IMG/VR virus record: IMGVR_UViG_3300032144_000021
Coordinates: 1-45,936 of that record
DNA from: a virus
Length of the DNA stretch: 45,936 nt
Reading direction: 5' to 3' (one strand)
In this document: piece after piece, positions 15,827-23,600 of the stretch
How the letters are laid out: each line of letters starts with the position of its first letter
Numbering within the stretch: position 1 is the stretch's first letter
Program-made: the position numbers and the translations under genes
Notes under the pieces: model-generated
Database searches by the model: none
Told to the model about the DNA's origin: nothing
The model's input: the letters and a program-made list of their open reading frames with translations, nothing else

Positions 15827-17025
15827 GACACGCGATACGTCACTTCGGCCGAAGCCATGTGGTAGGGGTCGCCGCTGGCGGAGAAGTACTTGTCCGCCGC
15901 GGCCCAGAATTGCTGGTCCGTGTGCACGGGCTGGTCACCGGCCGCCAGCAGTGCCGCTTGGCCGTTCAGCGTGTAGACGCCGTAACCGGCAGTGAGGCGA
16001 AGCGCGGCCCGCAATGCCGCGGGCCTTCCCGTCAGTAGATAGCTGCCAGCAGCGGCCGCGAGCTTTCTGCTCGTCCGAAGCGCGGCCGACTGGCCGGAGA
16101 TGGCATAGCTGCCTGTCTCGGCGACCATGATCTTCGCGCCGGATCCGTACACCAGTCCCGCAGCGAACCCGGTGAGCGAGTAGCTACCCTGCGCCGCGAC
16201 GAGCTTCCTCGATGCGCGCAGTCCGGCGGCCTGCCCAGTCAGCGCATAGCTGCCCTGTGCCGCCCCGACCTTTCGGCCTGCACGCAGCGCCGCGGCCTGT
16301 CCGGTGAACAGGTACGAACCCTGCGCCCCGAGCGCCCTCCGGCCTGCGCGCAACGTCGCGGCCTGGCCAGTCAGCGCATACGCACCTTGGCCGCCTGCCA
16401 CTTGGCGGCCGGACTTCAGCCCGGCGAGCTGGCCGCTCAGCGCGTAGCTGCCCGCTGCCGCCGTGAGCGAGTAGGCGGAGAAGAGATTCCCGCACTCGAA
16501 GTTGTCGATGCGCGGCGTGTTGCGCGCGATCCACGCGCCGGCGTTGCCGCCGGCATGCGTGGCATCGGAAGTGGACAGGATCTGTGACCCGTTCTTGTAT
16601 AGGAACAGGCTGCTGCCAAGCGCCTCGAAGACATACTCATCACTGCCCGCGACGGTGGACGTCGTGGACGTCAGCAGGGTCTCGACGCCGGCCGCCATGA
16701 GGTAGATGTTCAGGGCGTTGCCGCCCGTACAATCCACCGTCGCAAAGTACATGTCGTTGCTGTCGACACGACGTAGGATCAGGCGCACAAAGCGCCCTGT
16801 CCCGGAGGCGCCGAGCGCAGCCAGCGAGATCGTTACGTACTGGTCTGCATTGAGCGACGCTGTCGCATAACTGGCGTGCGAGAAGTCGGTCGTCGAGTTG
16901 TAGGCCTGGTTGCTGTTGATCCCCAGCTCACCACCGCCCAGTGCATCCGCCCAGCCCGTACCGAGTCCAACCGCGTTGTTGGCGCGGTTGTAATCGTCGG
17001 TGAACACCGGGACGCGCGTGGCCAC
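15823..17025 (-). CDS. Lectin/jelly-roll-like N-terminal domain followed by ~8 tandem 20-aa repeats (putative fibre or adhesin), 400 aa
   Basis: The N-terminal 180 aa are beta-rich (FTDDYNRAN...LGTGW...IDNFECGNL). Residues 183-362 carry repeats of type AQGSYALTGQAAGLRAGRKL. Confidence 0.6.
   Translation of the reverse strand: MATRVPVFTDDYNRANNAVGLGTGWADALGGGELGINSNQAYNSTTDFSHASYATASLNADQYVTISLAALGASGTGRFVRLILRRVDSNDMYFATVDCTGGNALNIYLMAAGVETLLTSTTSTVAGSDEYVFEALGSSLFLYKNGSQILSTSDATHAGGNAGAWIARNTPRIDNFECGNLFSAYSLTAAAGSYALSGQLAGLKSGRQVAGGQGAYALTGQAATLRAGRRALGAQGSYLFTGQAAALRAGRKVGAAQGSYALTGQAAGLRASRKLVAAQGSYSLTGFAAGLVYGSGAKIMVAETGSYAISGQSAALRTSRKLAAAAGSYLLTGRPAALRAALRLTAGYGVYTLNGQAALLAAGDQPVHTDQQFWAAADKYFSASGDPYHMASAEVTYRVS
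15940..16479 (-). repeat. Diverged 60-bp (20-codon) tandem coding repeats, about 8 units
   Basis: The periodicity is visible in the protein (GSYALSGQLAGLK / GAYALTGQAATLR / GSYLFTGQAAALR / GSYALTGQAAGLR / GSYSLTGFAAGL / GSYAISGQSAALR / GSYLLTGRPAALR / GVYTLNGQAALL). Confidence 0.75.
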
Positions 17026-17267
17026 TAGACAGTCCTCCGAAAGAACGCACGCATCTCGATGACGTTCTGAGGTGGCTTCACCCCATACTCGCGGCAGGTA
17101 ATGCCGTGCCGCCTCATCAGCCTGTATATGTGCGTCCTGTCCATGCCCAGCGCGGCGGCCGCTGCTGCAGCTTTGCCGCCATGCGATTCCAGCGCTTCAC
17201 ACAGGGCGGCTTTCTCGCACTCCCGCAGGAACCTCTTGAGCCTGCCGTTCCTCGCGGGCGCTCCCAC
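17025..17267 (-). CDS. Stand-alone Fis/NtrC-C-terminal-type HTH (HTH_8-like) DNA-binding protein, 80 aa
   Basis: LRECEKAALCEALESHGGKAAAAAAALGMDRTHIYRLMRRHGI matches the Fis-type HTH pattern. GTG start. No AAA+ or receiver domain is present. Confidence 0.6.
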   Translation of the reverse strand: MGAPARNGRLKRFLRECEKAALCEALESHGGKAAAAAAALGMDRTHIYRLMRRHGITCREYGVKPPQNVIEMRAFFRRTV

Positions 17268-17283
17268 CCAGCATCCTCGGCGC

Positions 17284-17598
17284 TCAGCCAGGGGCGCCGA
17301 GGACCAAATCCTCGCGTTCTTCAGCCTCCAGCAGCGGTGATGCCTGACGCAGCTGCATGCGCGTCGACGCCAGGACGCCGTACTCGCGCTTCAGGGAAAT
17401 GAACGCCTCCGGATCCCCGCGGGCGGCATTGCGCCGTACTGTCGCCTCGCGGATCTGGACCTGGAGCGCCTGCTCCTGTTCCACCAGCGCGCCGATCTCG
17501 GCGTCGATCGGCGCGGTGCGCGCGCGGATCTCGTCGATCTGCGCCAGCTTCTCGGCCATCTTGCCTTCGATCTCGGTCAGCGTGTCCTTGATGCTCAT
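17284..17598 (-). CDS. Hypothetical coiled-coil protein, 104 aa
   Basis: Internal ATG at 17598 (MSIKDTLTEIEGKMAEKLAQIDEIRART...); heptad-like E/A/Q/I-rich sequence. Confidence 0.55.
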   Translation of the reverse strand: MSIKDTLTEIEGKMAEKLAQIDEIRARTAPIDAEIGALVEQEQALQVQIREATVRRNAARGDPEAFISLKREYGVLASTRMQLRQASPLLEAEEREDLVLGAPG

Positions 17599-17704
17599 GC
17601 TGATACCTGCTCTGCGCGCCACGCGCGCATGTAACATTCCTTGCAAAGGCCGCGGCCAGTACGGCGGCGGTCAGGGTGGCACCGCGCCATCCAGCGCATG
17701 GACA

Positions 17705-18139
17705 TCATACGAGCTGCCACAGACCGTTGGTCCCATCAAAATCTATGGTGAAAGTCTCGGTGTCCAGCAGCGTGATGCTGCTGCCGTAGTCGTACCAGCA
17801 CACCAGCGCATCGGCCGGGCTGGTGGCCGAGTCGTTGTAGATCACGACGTAGCGCAGCGGGCCCACCGAGGCGCCGCTGGCGGTGAAGACCTCATCGGCG
17901 ATCACGACTTTCGCCGTGCCGCTCGCCTCGGACAACGTGACGCTGTCCAGCGTAAGCCCGCCACCGGCGCCGGCCGTGTAGCCACCGCCGGAGCTGATCT
18001 GAGTGATGGCCGACAGTATCGTGTCGGTCGCGTTCGGTGCGGTGTTGGAGAACGCCGCCTTGAACGTGTGGCTCGACCAGTTGTGGACGGCCTTGTTCAG
18101 CTGCTCGGCGTAGTCCTGAAACTTGTTGTAGGACGCCAT
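17705..18139 (-). CDS. Hypothetical late protein, 144 aa
   Basis: Its start overlaps the upstream stop by 1 nt. Beta-rich, with PLRYVVIYNDSATSPADALVCWYDYG; no function recognised. Confidence 0.6.
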   Translation of the reverse strand: MASYNKFQDYAEQLNKAVHNWSSHTFKAAFSNTAPNATDTILSAITQISSGGGYTAGAGGGLTLDSVTLSEASGTAKVVIADEVFTASGASVGPLRYVVIYNDSATSPADALVCWYDYGSSITLLDTETFTIDFDGTNGLWQLV

Positions 18140-18357
18140 CAGGCACTCCTGGGAAGGTGAATCAGTTCCTGCATGCCCTCGGCCTGCAGGCGCAGTCCGC
18201 GGCCTTCGAGCACGGGCTTGCCCTTGAGGGTTTCGCCGTTGTCATCGACCCAGCGGATCCGCAGCTCCGAGCGATCGGCGCACTGGATCACCAGCAGCTC
18301 GCCGTTGCAGATCACCGCGGCGACCTGTTTGCCGCGCAGCTGTCGAGTGATGTCCAT
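18139..18357 (-). CDS. Hypothetical protein, 72 aa
   Basis: Co-oriented and coupled to the downstream gene. Confidence 0.5.
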   Translation of the reverse strand: MDITRQLRGKQVAAVICNGELLVIQCADRSELRIRWVDDNGETLKGKPVLEGRGLRLQAEGMQELIHLPRSA

Positions 18358-18370
18358 GATCCTGCTCGGC

Positions 18371-18772
18371 CTATGGGCCTGCCGTGACGCCTGTTGGCTG
18401 CTTCGGAACTGGCTTCGGCGTCGTCCTGGTCGCTATTGCTGATGGAGCAGAGGGTTCGCCGTTCACCGTGGCGGTGACGTAGTAGCGATAGGTCAGCCCG
18501 GCGGCGGCGTGGAACTGCGTACCCGACAAGCCAGTGGTCGTGCACTGAATCTTGAAATCCCCGGCGGCATCCGCCTGGTAGACGGTGTACGTGATGACGG
18601 TTCCGGCTGCGATGGCCGTGCCGTCGGTGTACTGCGTCGGGGCGGTCCACTTGAGATTCGTATCCAGCGGATTGCCGCGGGGCGAGGCGCACGTCGGGAG
18701 CGCCTGCGCCTGGGCGGACAGTGAGGCGGTGACAGCCAATGTGAATGCACAGAGCAGCAGCAGCTTTCTCAC
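18371..18772 (-). CDS. Secreted FN3/Ig-like protein, 133 aa
   Basis: Signal peptide MRKLLLLCAFTLAVTASLSAQA-Q. LKWTAPTQYTDGTAIAAGTVITYTVY is an FN3-like first strand pattern. ATGA overlap with the upstream gene. Confidence 0.65.
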   Translation of the reverse strand: MRKLLLLCAFTLAVTASLSAQAQALPTCASPRGNPLDTNLKWTAPTQYTDGTAIAAGTVITYTVYQADAAGDFKIQCTTTGLSGTQFHAAAGLTYRYYVTATVNGEPSAPSAIATRTTPKPVPKQPTGVTAGP

Positions 18773-19575
18773 GCGAAGGTCTCCGATGGCAATTGGTACA
18801 CAAAAAGCGAGAGGCCCAGTGCCGCATCTGCAGCAACCGGGCCGACAGCCAGGTCGCCGGCCTTCGTACCGCGGGTGCCGGTCGCAGTCGCCCGATAGAC
18901 GGCGCGGGTTCCGCCAGCGATGCCTGCCACCTTGGGCACGGCGGGCGGCGGAGGTGGCGGCGCGACCACTGGCGCGACGGTCACCTGGATCTGCACTCGA
19001 TCAGACTCCGCGCCCTGCGAGTTCACGGCCCTGACGCCGGCGAGGATGGCGCCGGCAGGCAGGTCGATGGCCAGCGAAGTCACGGATGCCGGCACACGGA
19101 CATGCGCGATGTAGCCAGCCAGGTCCGTCAGCGGCGTACCGTCGATGTTGGTCGTCGGTACAGACCAGGACAACCGGTGCGGCCCGGCCTGCAGCGGGGG
19201 CGGCACCACCGGCGGGGGCGTGACTGGCGGAGGCTCAGCCTTCAGAAGCGGATTGTCGATCCACTTGTTCTGATCCTTCGGGCATGACGTCGTCCCGACA
19301 TTCACGTTTGCCGCGCACGTCAGCACGACAGCCGCCGCGGTGTCCGTGGACAGCCTGTACTTCTGGTGCTCGGTGGCCCAGTACGCGCCGGCCGTGTGTT
19401 CCATGTCCGCAGCCGACATGACCGCGATGCCGGGCTGCAGAGTCTGCCAGGCGCGCGATGTGCAACCGATCTTGCCCGCGGCGCTGGCATCCGCGCACGA
19501 CATGACCAGGCCCGTGGCCGCGTGACCAGCCAGCGGCAGCGCCAGCAGCGCGGCGAGCAAGAGCGTCTTTCGCAT
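18769..19575 (-). CDS. Secreted protein with a Cys-containing N-domain, Pro-rich linkers and an FN3-like domain, 268 aa
   Basis: Signal peptide MRKTLLLAALLALPLAGHA-A. Five Cys in the mature N-domain (a sixth lies just before the linker), then linker PPPVTPPPVVPPP. RLSWSVPTTNIDGTPLTDLAGYIAHV is FN3-like, followed by a second linker PPPPPP. Confidence 0.65.
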   Translation of the reverse strand: MRKTLLLAALLALPLAGHAATGLVMSCADASAAGKIGCTSRAWQTLQPGIAVMSAADMEHTAGAYWATEHQKYRLSTDTAAAVVLTCAANVNVGTTSCPKDQNKWIDNPLLKAEPPPVTPPPVVPPPLQAGPHRLSWSVPTTNIDGTPLTDLAGYIAHVRVPASVTSLAIDLPAGAILAGVRAVNSQGAESDRVQIQVTVAPVVAPPPPPPAVPKVAGIAGGTRAVYRATATGTRGTKAGDLAVGPVAADAALGLSLFVYQLPSETFA

Positions 19576-19610
19576 GGAAGTTCCTGCAAGTTGCAGCCGC
19601 GGCTGCGCAG

Positions 19611-19634
19611 AAAAAAGCCCGGCCTAGACCGGGC
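19611..19634 (-). terminator. Rho-independent terminator (tR-prime analogue)
   Basis: The minus strand reads GCCCGG-TCTAGG-CCGGGC followed by TTTTTT, starting 10 nt after the stop at 19645. A second perfect 14-bp palindrome GCAGCCGCGGCTGC lies at 19593-19606. Confidence 0.75.
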
Positions 19635-19644
19635 AGACGGGGGA

Positions 19645-19962
19645 TTACTCGATGCTCGCGCGATCGCGCACGATCATCCGATCCAGGCCAATTACCTCTG
19701 CCAGCTGAACGTCGCGACCGGCGGCAATCAGCGCCGCAACGGATCTCACCTGCTCGGTTCGCCGAAACCACTCGCCGTGGCACCGGTCGTCCTTCAGGAA
19801 CTCGAAAATGTGCTGCTCCGCCGCCTCCGGCATCCAGACATGACCCAGCAGCACCAGCGGTGCCGGGGACTGCGAGGCCAGACCAGCGAACCGGCGCCGG
19901 ATGTCCGACGTGATGCCGAACTTCGTGCGCTCGATGTCCGGCGCGTCGATGGCGTAGACCAT
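19645..19962 (-). CDS. T5orf172 / GIY-YIG-like domain protein, 105 aa
   Basis: MVYAIDAPDIERTKFGITSDIRRRFAGL...EQHIFEFLKDDRCHGEWF fits the T5orf172 pattern (KIG-x-T...R...L...E..H..F...R..GEWF). The start is taken at the internal ATG, because the upstream part of the track ORF is Arg-rich. Confidence 0.6.
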   Translation of the reverse strand: MVYAIDAPDIERTKFGITSDIRRRFAGLASQSPAPLVLLGHVWMPEAAEQHIFEFLKDDRCHGEWFRRTEQVRSVAALIAAGRDVQLAEVIGLDRMIVRDRASIE

Positions 19963-20052
19963 CGTGTATGTCCGGAAACCGAAGGGACCATTGCGCCGGG
20001 TGGGGGTGGAGCTTCGCGACCGGTCGCCGCGAACGCGCATCAGTGATACCAC

Positions 20053-20121
20053 TGGAAGGCTGCCTTGTAATACAGAACCGAAATTAATTGCAAGAATTAT
20101 CCTACGGCAGAGACCGCGAAA
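20053..20121 (-). promoter_or_regulatory. AT-rich late promoter region (PR-prime analogue) downstream of the Q-like gene
   Basis: This is the only strongly AT-rich intergenic stretch in the window. The minus strand reads GGATAATTCTTGCAATTAATTTCGGTTCTGTATTACAAGG, with candidate hexamers TTGCAA or TTCTTG and TATTAC. The exact -35/-10 is uncertain. Confidence 0.45.
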
Positions 20122-20613
20122 TTAAATCTCCACCACCGCCTGGCTGTGGTCGAGCGCGGTCCAGATGGACCACTTCGCGGACTCCAGCAGCTGCTTGAAG
20201 CGCGCCACCTGATACCCGGATGCCTGCGCCCGCGCCTCGGTCGGGCCGGGCGTGAAGTAGTTCGCGTGCACAACATCCTTCAGCGGGTCCGCCAGGCGGG
20301 CGACGACCTTGTCCGTCTCGGCGATGTCATCGGGGATGTGCACCGGCTCATGGGACCGCGACACCCTGGTCTGCCGGCCGAGCGCGGTGCGCCTGCCCTG
20401 GATGATTCCGTCGTCGTCTTCCTCCGGCTCGCCGGCGTACCCATGCTCGATGCCGACCTTCGTCAGGCGCATGGCGGTGTCGATGGCCGAGGACGTCGGC
20501 AGACCGAGGTTCAGCCGGTCCCGTCGGACCCACTCCGCCCAGGCATCCAGGCGCAGCTCGACGTACTGCAGCTTGGCGTCCCGGTGGTACTTGCGGCGCT
20601 CGCTGTCACTCAC
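20122..20613 (-). CDS. Q-like late antiterminator, 163 aa
   Basis: The GTG at 20613 forms a GTGA overlap with the upstream stop. LRLDAWAEWVRRDRLNLGLPTSS resembles the LERWGAW...LG motif of Q-family antiterminators. It is the last gene before the AT-rich promoter region. Confidence 0.5.
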   Translation of the reverse strand: MSDSERRKYHRDAKLQYVELRLDAWAEWVRRDRLNLGLPTSSAIDTAMRLTKVGIEHGYAGEPEEDDDGIIQGRRTALGRQTRVSRSHEPVHIPDDIAETDKVVARLADPLKDVVHANYFTPGPTEARAQASGYQVARFKQLLESAKWSIWTALDHSQAVVEI

Positions 20614-20810
20614 CGCAGCACCACCTTCCAGACCTCGGAGTCCTTCAGCGCCAGATGCGTATCCGCGCACTGCAGCGCCGCGGAGCTGGACTCGAACACA
20701 TAGGCGTCGCAGCGGTGCGGCGAGGCCACAGGCTCGGAGTCCCCGTCGATCTCGCCAGTCCAGAATTCCGTCGTTCCGTTGACGCCGCGCTTGAATATCC
20801 AGCCGGCCAT
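20610..20810 (-). CDS. Hypothetical protein, 66 aa
   Basis: Coupled on both sides (TGA immediately followed by ATG upstream; GTGA overlap downstream). Confidence 0.55.
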   Translation of the reverse strand: MAGWIFKRGVNGTTEFWTGEIDGDSEPVASPHRCDAYVFESSSAALQCADTHLALKDSEVWKVVLR

Positions 20811-20906
20811 TCAGCTCGCCACCAGGACGACGACGAGCAACACAACCAGCGGCGGCGTCAGCCATGCCCAGCCTTGCCAGTGGGACCGCTTCACTTGCGC
20901 TGCCAT
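20811..20906 (-). CDS. Possible 31-aa single-pass membrane peptide
   Basis: MAAQVKRSHWQGWAWLTPPLVVLLVVVLVAS. Its stop abuts the next ATG, and it overlaps the end of the nuclease gene by 16 nt. The RBS spacing is poor. Confidence 0.3.
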   Translation of the reverse strand: MAAQVKRSHWQGWAWLTPPLVVLLVVVLVAS

Positions 20907-21352
20907 CCCCGGCGAGCCAGGACGCGCTCGATCGTGTCGATGGCCTCGCCGTTCATCACCATCGACTGCTCGAACCGCAGGATCTGCCAGCCGAGTTCCG
21001 TCGCGGCCGCGTACTTGCGGCAGTCCTCGCGGAACCCGTCGACGGTGGCGTGCCGGCCGGTGCACACGCGCTGGCCGGCGATCATCCGCACGACCAGGCC
21101 TTCGATCTCGACGGCCAGCTTCAGCTCCGGATGCGCGAAGTCGAACCGCCACTGCCGCGGCCTGCCCTTCTCGGTGAAGAACTCGTCGCCGGCGAAGCGG
21201 TACTCCGGCGTCCAGCCGGACAGCCGGTGGCTGCGCAGCTCGAACGACAGGCGCTCGGTTGCCGTCTGCGATTTCGACTTCTTCCGCTGCATGACGCCGT
21301 GCGTCGTCATCAGGTCCGTCTGCGTGCCGGGCGGAAGGTCTTCGATGCGCAT
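20891..21352 (-). CDS. PD-(D/E)XK-type endonuclease domain protein (DUF559/Vsr-like), 153 aa
   Basis: WRFDFAHPELKLAVEIEG...GRHATVDGFREDCRKYAAATELGWQILRF fits the DUF559 pattern (D...E-x-E/DG...H...D..K...A...GW.VLRF). It sits in the nin-region position. Confidence 0.5.
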   Translation of the reverse strand: MRIEDLPPGTQTDLMTTHGVMQRKKSKSQTATERLSFELRSHRLSGWTPEYRFAGDEFFTEKGRPRQWRFDFAHPELKLAVEIEGLVVRMIAGQRVCTGRHATVDGFREDCRKYAAATELGWQILRFEQSMVMNGEAIDTIERVLARRGWQRK

Positions 21353-21356
21353 GGCT

Positions 21357-22031
21357 CTAGTGCGCCGTCGCACCGTTGCGCCGGCGGCCGGCGGGCTTCG
21401 TGGGCTTGCCCTTACTGAACGCCTCGGCATGCGCTGCGCCGGCGGCGATGTCATCGACCTTGTCGCCCTTCGCGCCATTGGTCGTGCCAGTCGCGCCGGC
21501 GTGATCCATCGGCAATTCCTTCTGCTTCGACTTCTCGCGCTGCACCGTGTCGCCGAAGCCGATTTCGGCTTCAATCTCGGTGCCCTGGCGCGCCACCAGC
21601 TTGCTGACGAACTTGTCGACGTCCTGCGCCACCTGCACCTGCACCGTCAGCTTCGTCAGCCCGCCCTCCAGCGGCTCGATGCGGATGCTGGCCAGCTTGA
21701 CGTCGTCCAGCTCGATGGGCTTCTGGTTTGGCCCGAGCTCGATGGCCACGCTGCCCTTGAACTTCTCGGTGTACGCGCGCGGCGCCCACTTGTCGTTAAG
21801 CACCTGCGCAGCCTTGCCGGCGCGCTGCGTGTTGAACAGGCTTTCCCATGTCAGCGCACCGAACAGCTGGTTCAGTTCGTCCTTCTCCAGCAGGAAGTCG
21901 GTGATCGTGAAGTCGACGGCCGGTTCACCGTCTTCGCCGCGCATCTCGGTGCGGCAGTTCGTGGACACGCCCAGCTTGCACGCGCGCGCGGCAAGGGCGA
22001 CCGATATTACGACTGCAACCTTCTCAGCCAT
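21357..22031 (-). CDS. Hypothetical protein, 224 aa
   Basis: Clean non-junk composition, co-oriented in the early-right operon. Confidence 0.6.
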   Translation of the reverse strand: MAEKVAVVISVALAARACKLGVSTNCRTEMRGEDGEPAVDFTITDFLLEKDELNQLFGALTWESLFNTQRAGKAAQVLNDKWAPRAYTEKFKGSVAIELGPNQKPIELDDVKLASIRIEPLEGGLTKLTVQVQVAQDVDKFVSKLVARQGTEIEAEIGFGDTVQREKSKQKELPMDHAGATGTTNGAKGDKVDDIAAGAAHAEAFSKGKPTKPAGRRRNGATAH

Positions 22032-22048
22032 GACTTGCTCCCATGTGG

Positions 22049-22312
22049 TTAAACCCCGTCCCCGTTCTCGTGACGTTCCACGGGCAGCAGCTGCTCCCCG
22101 TAAACGCGCTCAAATACCTCGGCGATCGTCTTCGTCTCGCCCGTTGCATGGTTCTTCAGCGGCAGCGAAGCCTCGCCGCGGCGGCGGATCAGTTCACGCG
22201 CGCGCTGCTTGCGAACGTCGCGCGTCGTCTCGCCTTGCGTGATGTCTTCGCTGTAGCGCTCGCCCAGCCACAGGCAGAAGTTCAGTTCCTCGACGTCTTC
22301 ACGCAGGCTCAT
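22049..22312 (-). CDS. Hypothetical protein, 87 aa
   Basis: Its start overlaps the upstream stop (ATGA-type). Confidence 0.55.
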   Translation of the reverse strand: MSLREDVEELNFCLWLGERYSEDITQGETTRDVRKQRARELIRRRGEASLPLKNHATGETKTIAEVFERVYGEQLLPVERHENGDGV

Positions 22313-22536
22313 TTGCGCCGTATCCCCCGTCGGTCGTGCTTGTCGACCAGCGCACCGCCGCGGATTCCGGCCTTGTACCGTTTGTGCAGCGTTGTGTAGC
22401 TGATGCCGGTCAGTTTCGACAGTTCAGTCAGCGACACCTGTTGGCCTTTGTGCTCGACGGTGTATCGGGTGTTCGGGCCGCGCGGTGCCTCCAGCGGCTT
22501 ACCGAATTGCTCAGGCGTGAAGCCGAACCCTTTCAC
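22309..22536 (-). CDS. Small HTH DNA-binding protein, 75 aa
   Basis: The GTG at 22536 forms a GTGA overlap, with AGGTGA 6 nt upstream. VSLTELSKLTGISYTTLHKRYKAG is HTH-like. The longer track ORF N-terminus is junk. Confidence 0.55.
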   Translation of the reverse strand: MKGFGFTPEQFGKPLEAPRGPNTRYTVEHKGQQVSLTELSKLTGISYTTLHKRYKAGIRGGALVDKHDRRGIRRK

Positions 22537-22718
22537 CGGCTCACCTGCGCCAGCGGCAGGCTGGCTTCCTCGTCGCAGCCAGGACACGGACCGCAGTACT
22601 TGTTCCGCGGTGTCGATTCTGGATGCACCAGCGCGTGCACCGTGCAGCAGAACATGCACTGCATCAGCTCGAACACCTTGCGCCGGCGGCTGTCGAGCTG
22701 GATGACTTGGCCGTCCAT
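22533..22718 (-). CDS. Cys-rich small protein, 61 aa
   Basis: Internal ATG at 22718 (MDGQVIQLDSRRRKVFELMQCMFCCTV...YCGPCPGCD), coupled at both ends. Confidence 0.5.
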   Translation of the reverse strand: MDGQVIQLDSRRRKVFELMQCMFCCTVHALVHPESTPRNKYCGPCPGCDEEASLPLAQVSR

Positions 22719-23083
22719 CAGAACGCCTCCGCCTGGCGCTGCGATGCTGGCACCTGCTGTAGCCACAGCGGCGCATCCTTGCCAGCCAGGCTGCGGAATG
22801 CTCTCGCAATCTCCGTGCACCGCTGCGCGCAAACCGGGTCAAGGCGAAAGCGCTGCATACCCTGCTGCTCCCGCGTCACCATGTCGTCGACCAGCACCTG
22901 CATCGACTCGCGCAAGTCGTGCGTGCCGCTGACGAGCTGCAGGAATCGCTGCATGCCGTCGGCGCCGCGGTGATAGCCGAGGTCGCGCTGCACGTTGCCG
23001 ATGACGCAGCTGCGCCAGTACGTGCGCGTTGCATCGTGTGGCGGCTGCGCCGAGCGCGGCGGAATGTTCGACTTCAGCTTCAC
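22718..23083 (-). CDS. Hypothetical protein, 121 aa
   Basis: ATGA overlap with the upstream gene. Confidence 0.55.
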   Translation of the reverse strand: MKLKSNIPPRSAQPPHDATRTYWRSCVIGNVQRDLGYHRGADGMQRFLQLVSGTHDLRESMQVLVDDMVTREQQGMQRFRLDPVCAQRCTEIARAFRSLAGKDAPLWLQQVPASQRQAEAF

Positions 23084-23600
23084 CGGTCGACCTTCGCCAG
23101 CAGCAGCGCTGCTGGCCGCGGTCCGGTCAGGCGGTGCGATGAACTCGGCAGCGCCATGCGCGACTCGTCCGCTTCGCCCTGCTCCTGCAGCAGCTCGGCG
23201 AAGCGCTTCTCACGGAAGTGGCGAGTCGAGGTTTCGCCCATCTCGAGCTGACGCCATCCACCCATCGCGACCACGGCCCGAACGGCGGCATCGGGCAGCG
23301 GGTTGGCAGCCAGCTCCGCGGCGCGCACGTGCTCGGCCATCTGCACAAGCAACGTGACTCGCGTCCACAACTCGCGGGCCGTCGGCAGCGCCGCCTTGCG
23401 CAGTTGCTCGAAGTGGAACGGGTTCGGCATGAACTCGACTGCGCGCGCCAGATGCTGGGCGGCCAGCCGGAATTCCTGCATGTCCCAGTGCTGCATCGAG
23501 TTCCAGAACAGGTCGATGCCGGCATCGGTCAGCGGCTTGCCTGGCTTCAGCGCTGCCAGGCCGACGATCACGCGGACGAATTCCGGCTTCTCTCCCGGAG

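Noticed and set aside
17641-17658. Sigma-54-like promoter TGGCCGCGGCCTTTGCA (minus strand) upstream of the coiled-coil and Fis-HTH genes
   Set aside because: The GG-to-GC spacing is one nt longer than the TGGCAC-N5-TTGC consensus, and no AAA+ activator is encoded. It was kept only as a note; the adjacent GCGCGCCACGCGCGC palindrome (17614-17628) is unexplained.
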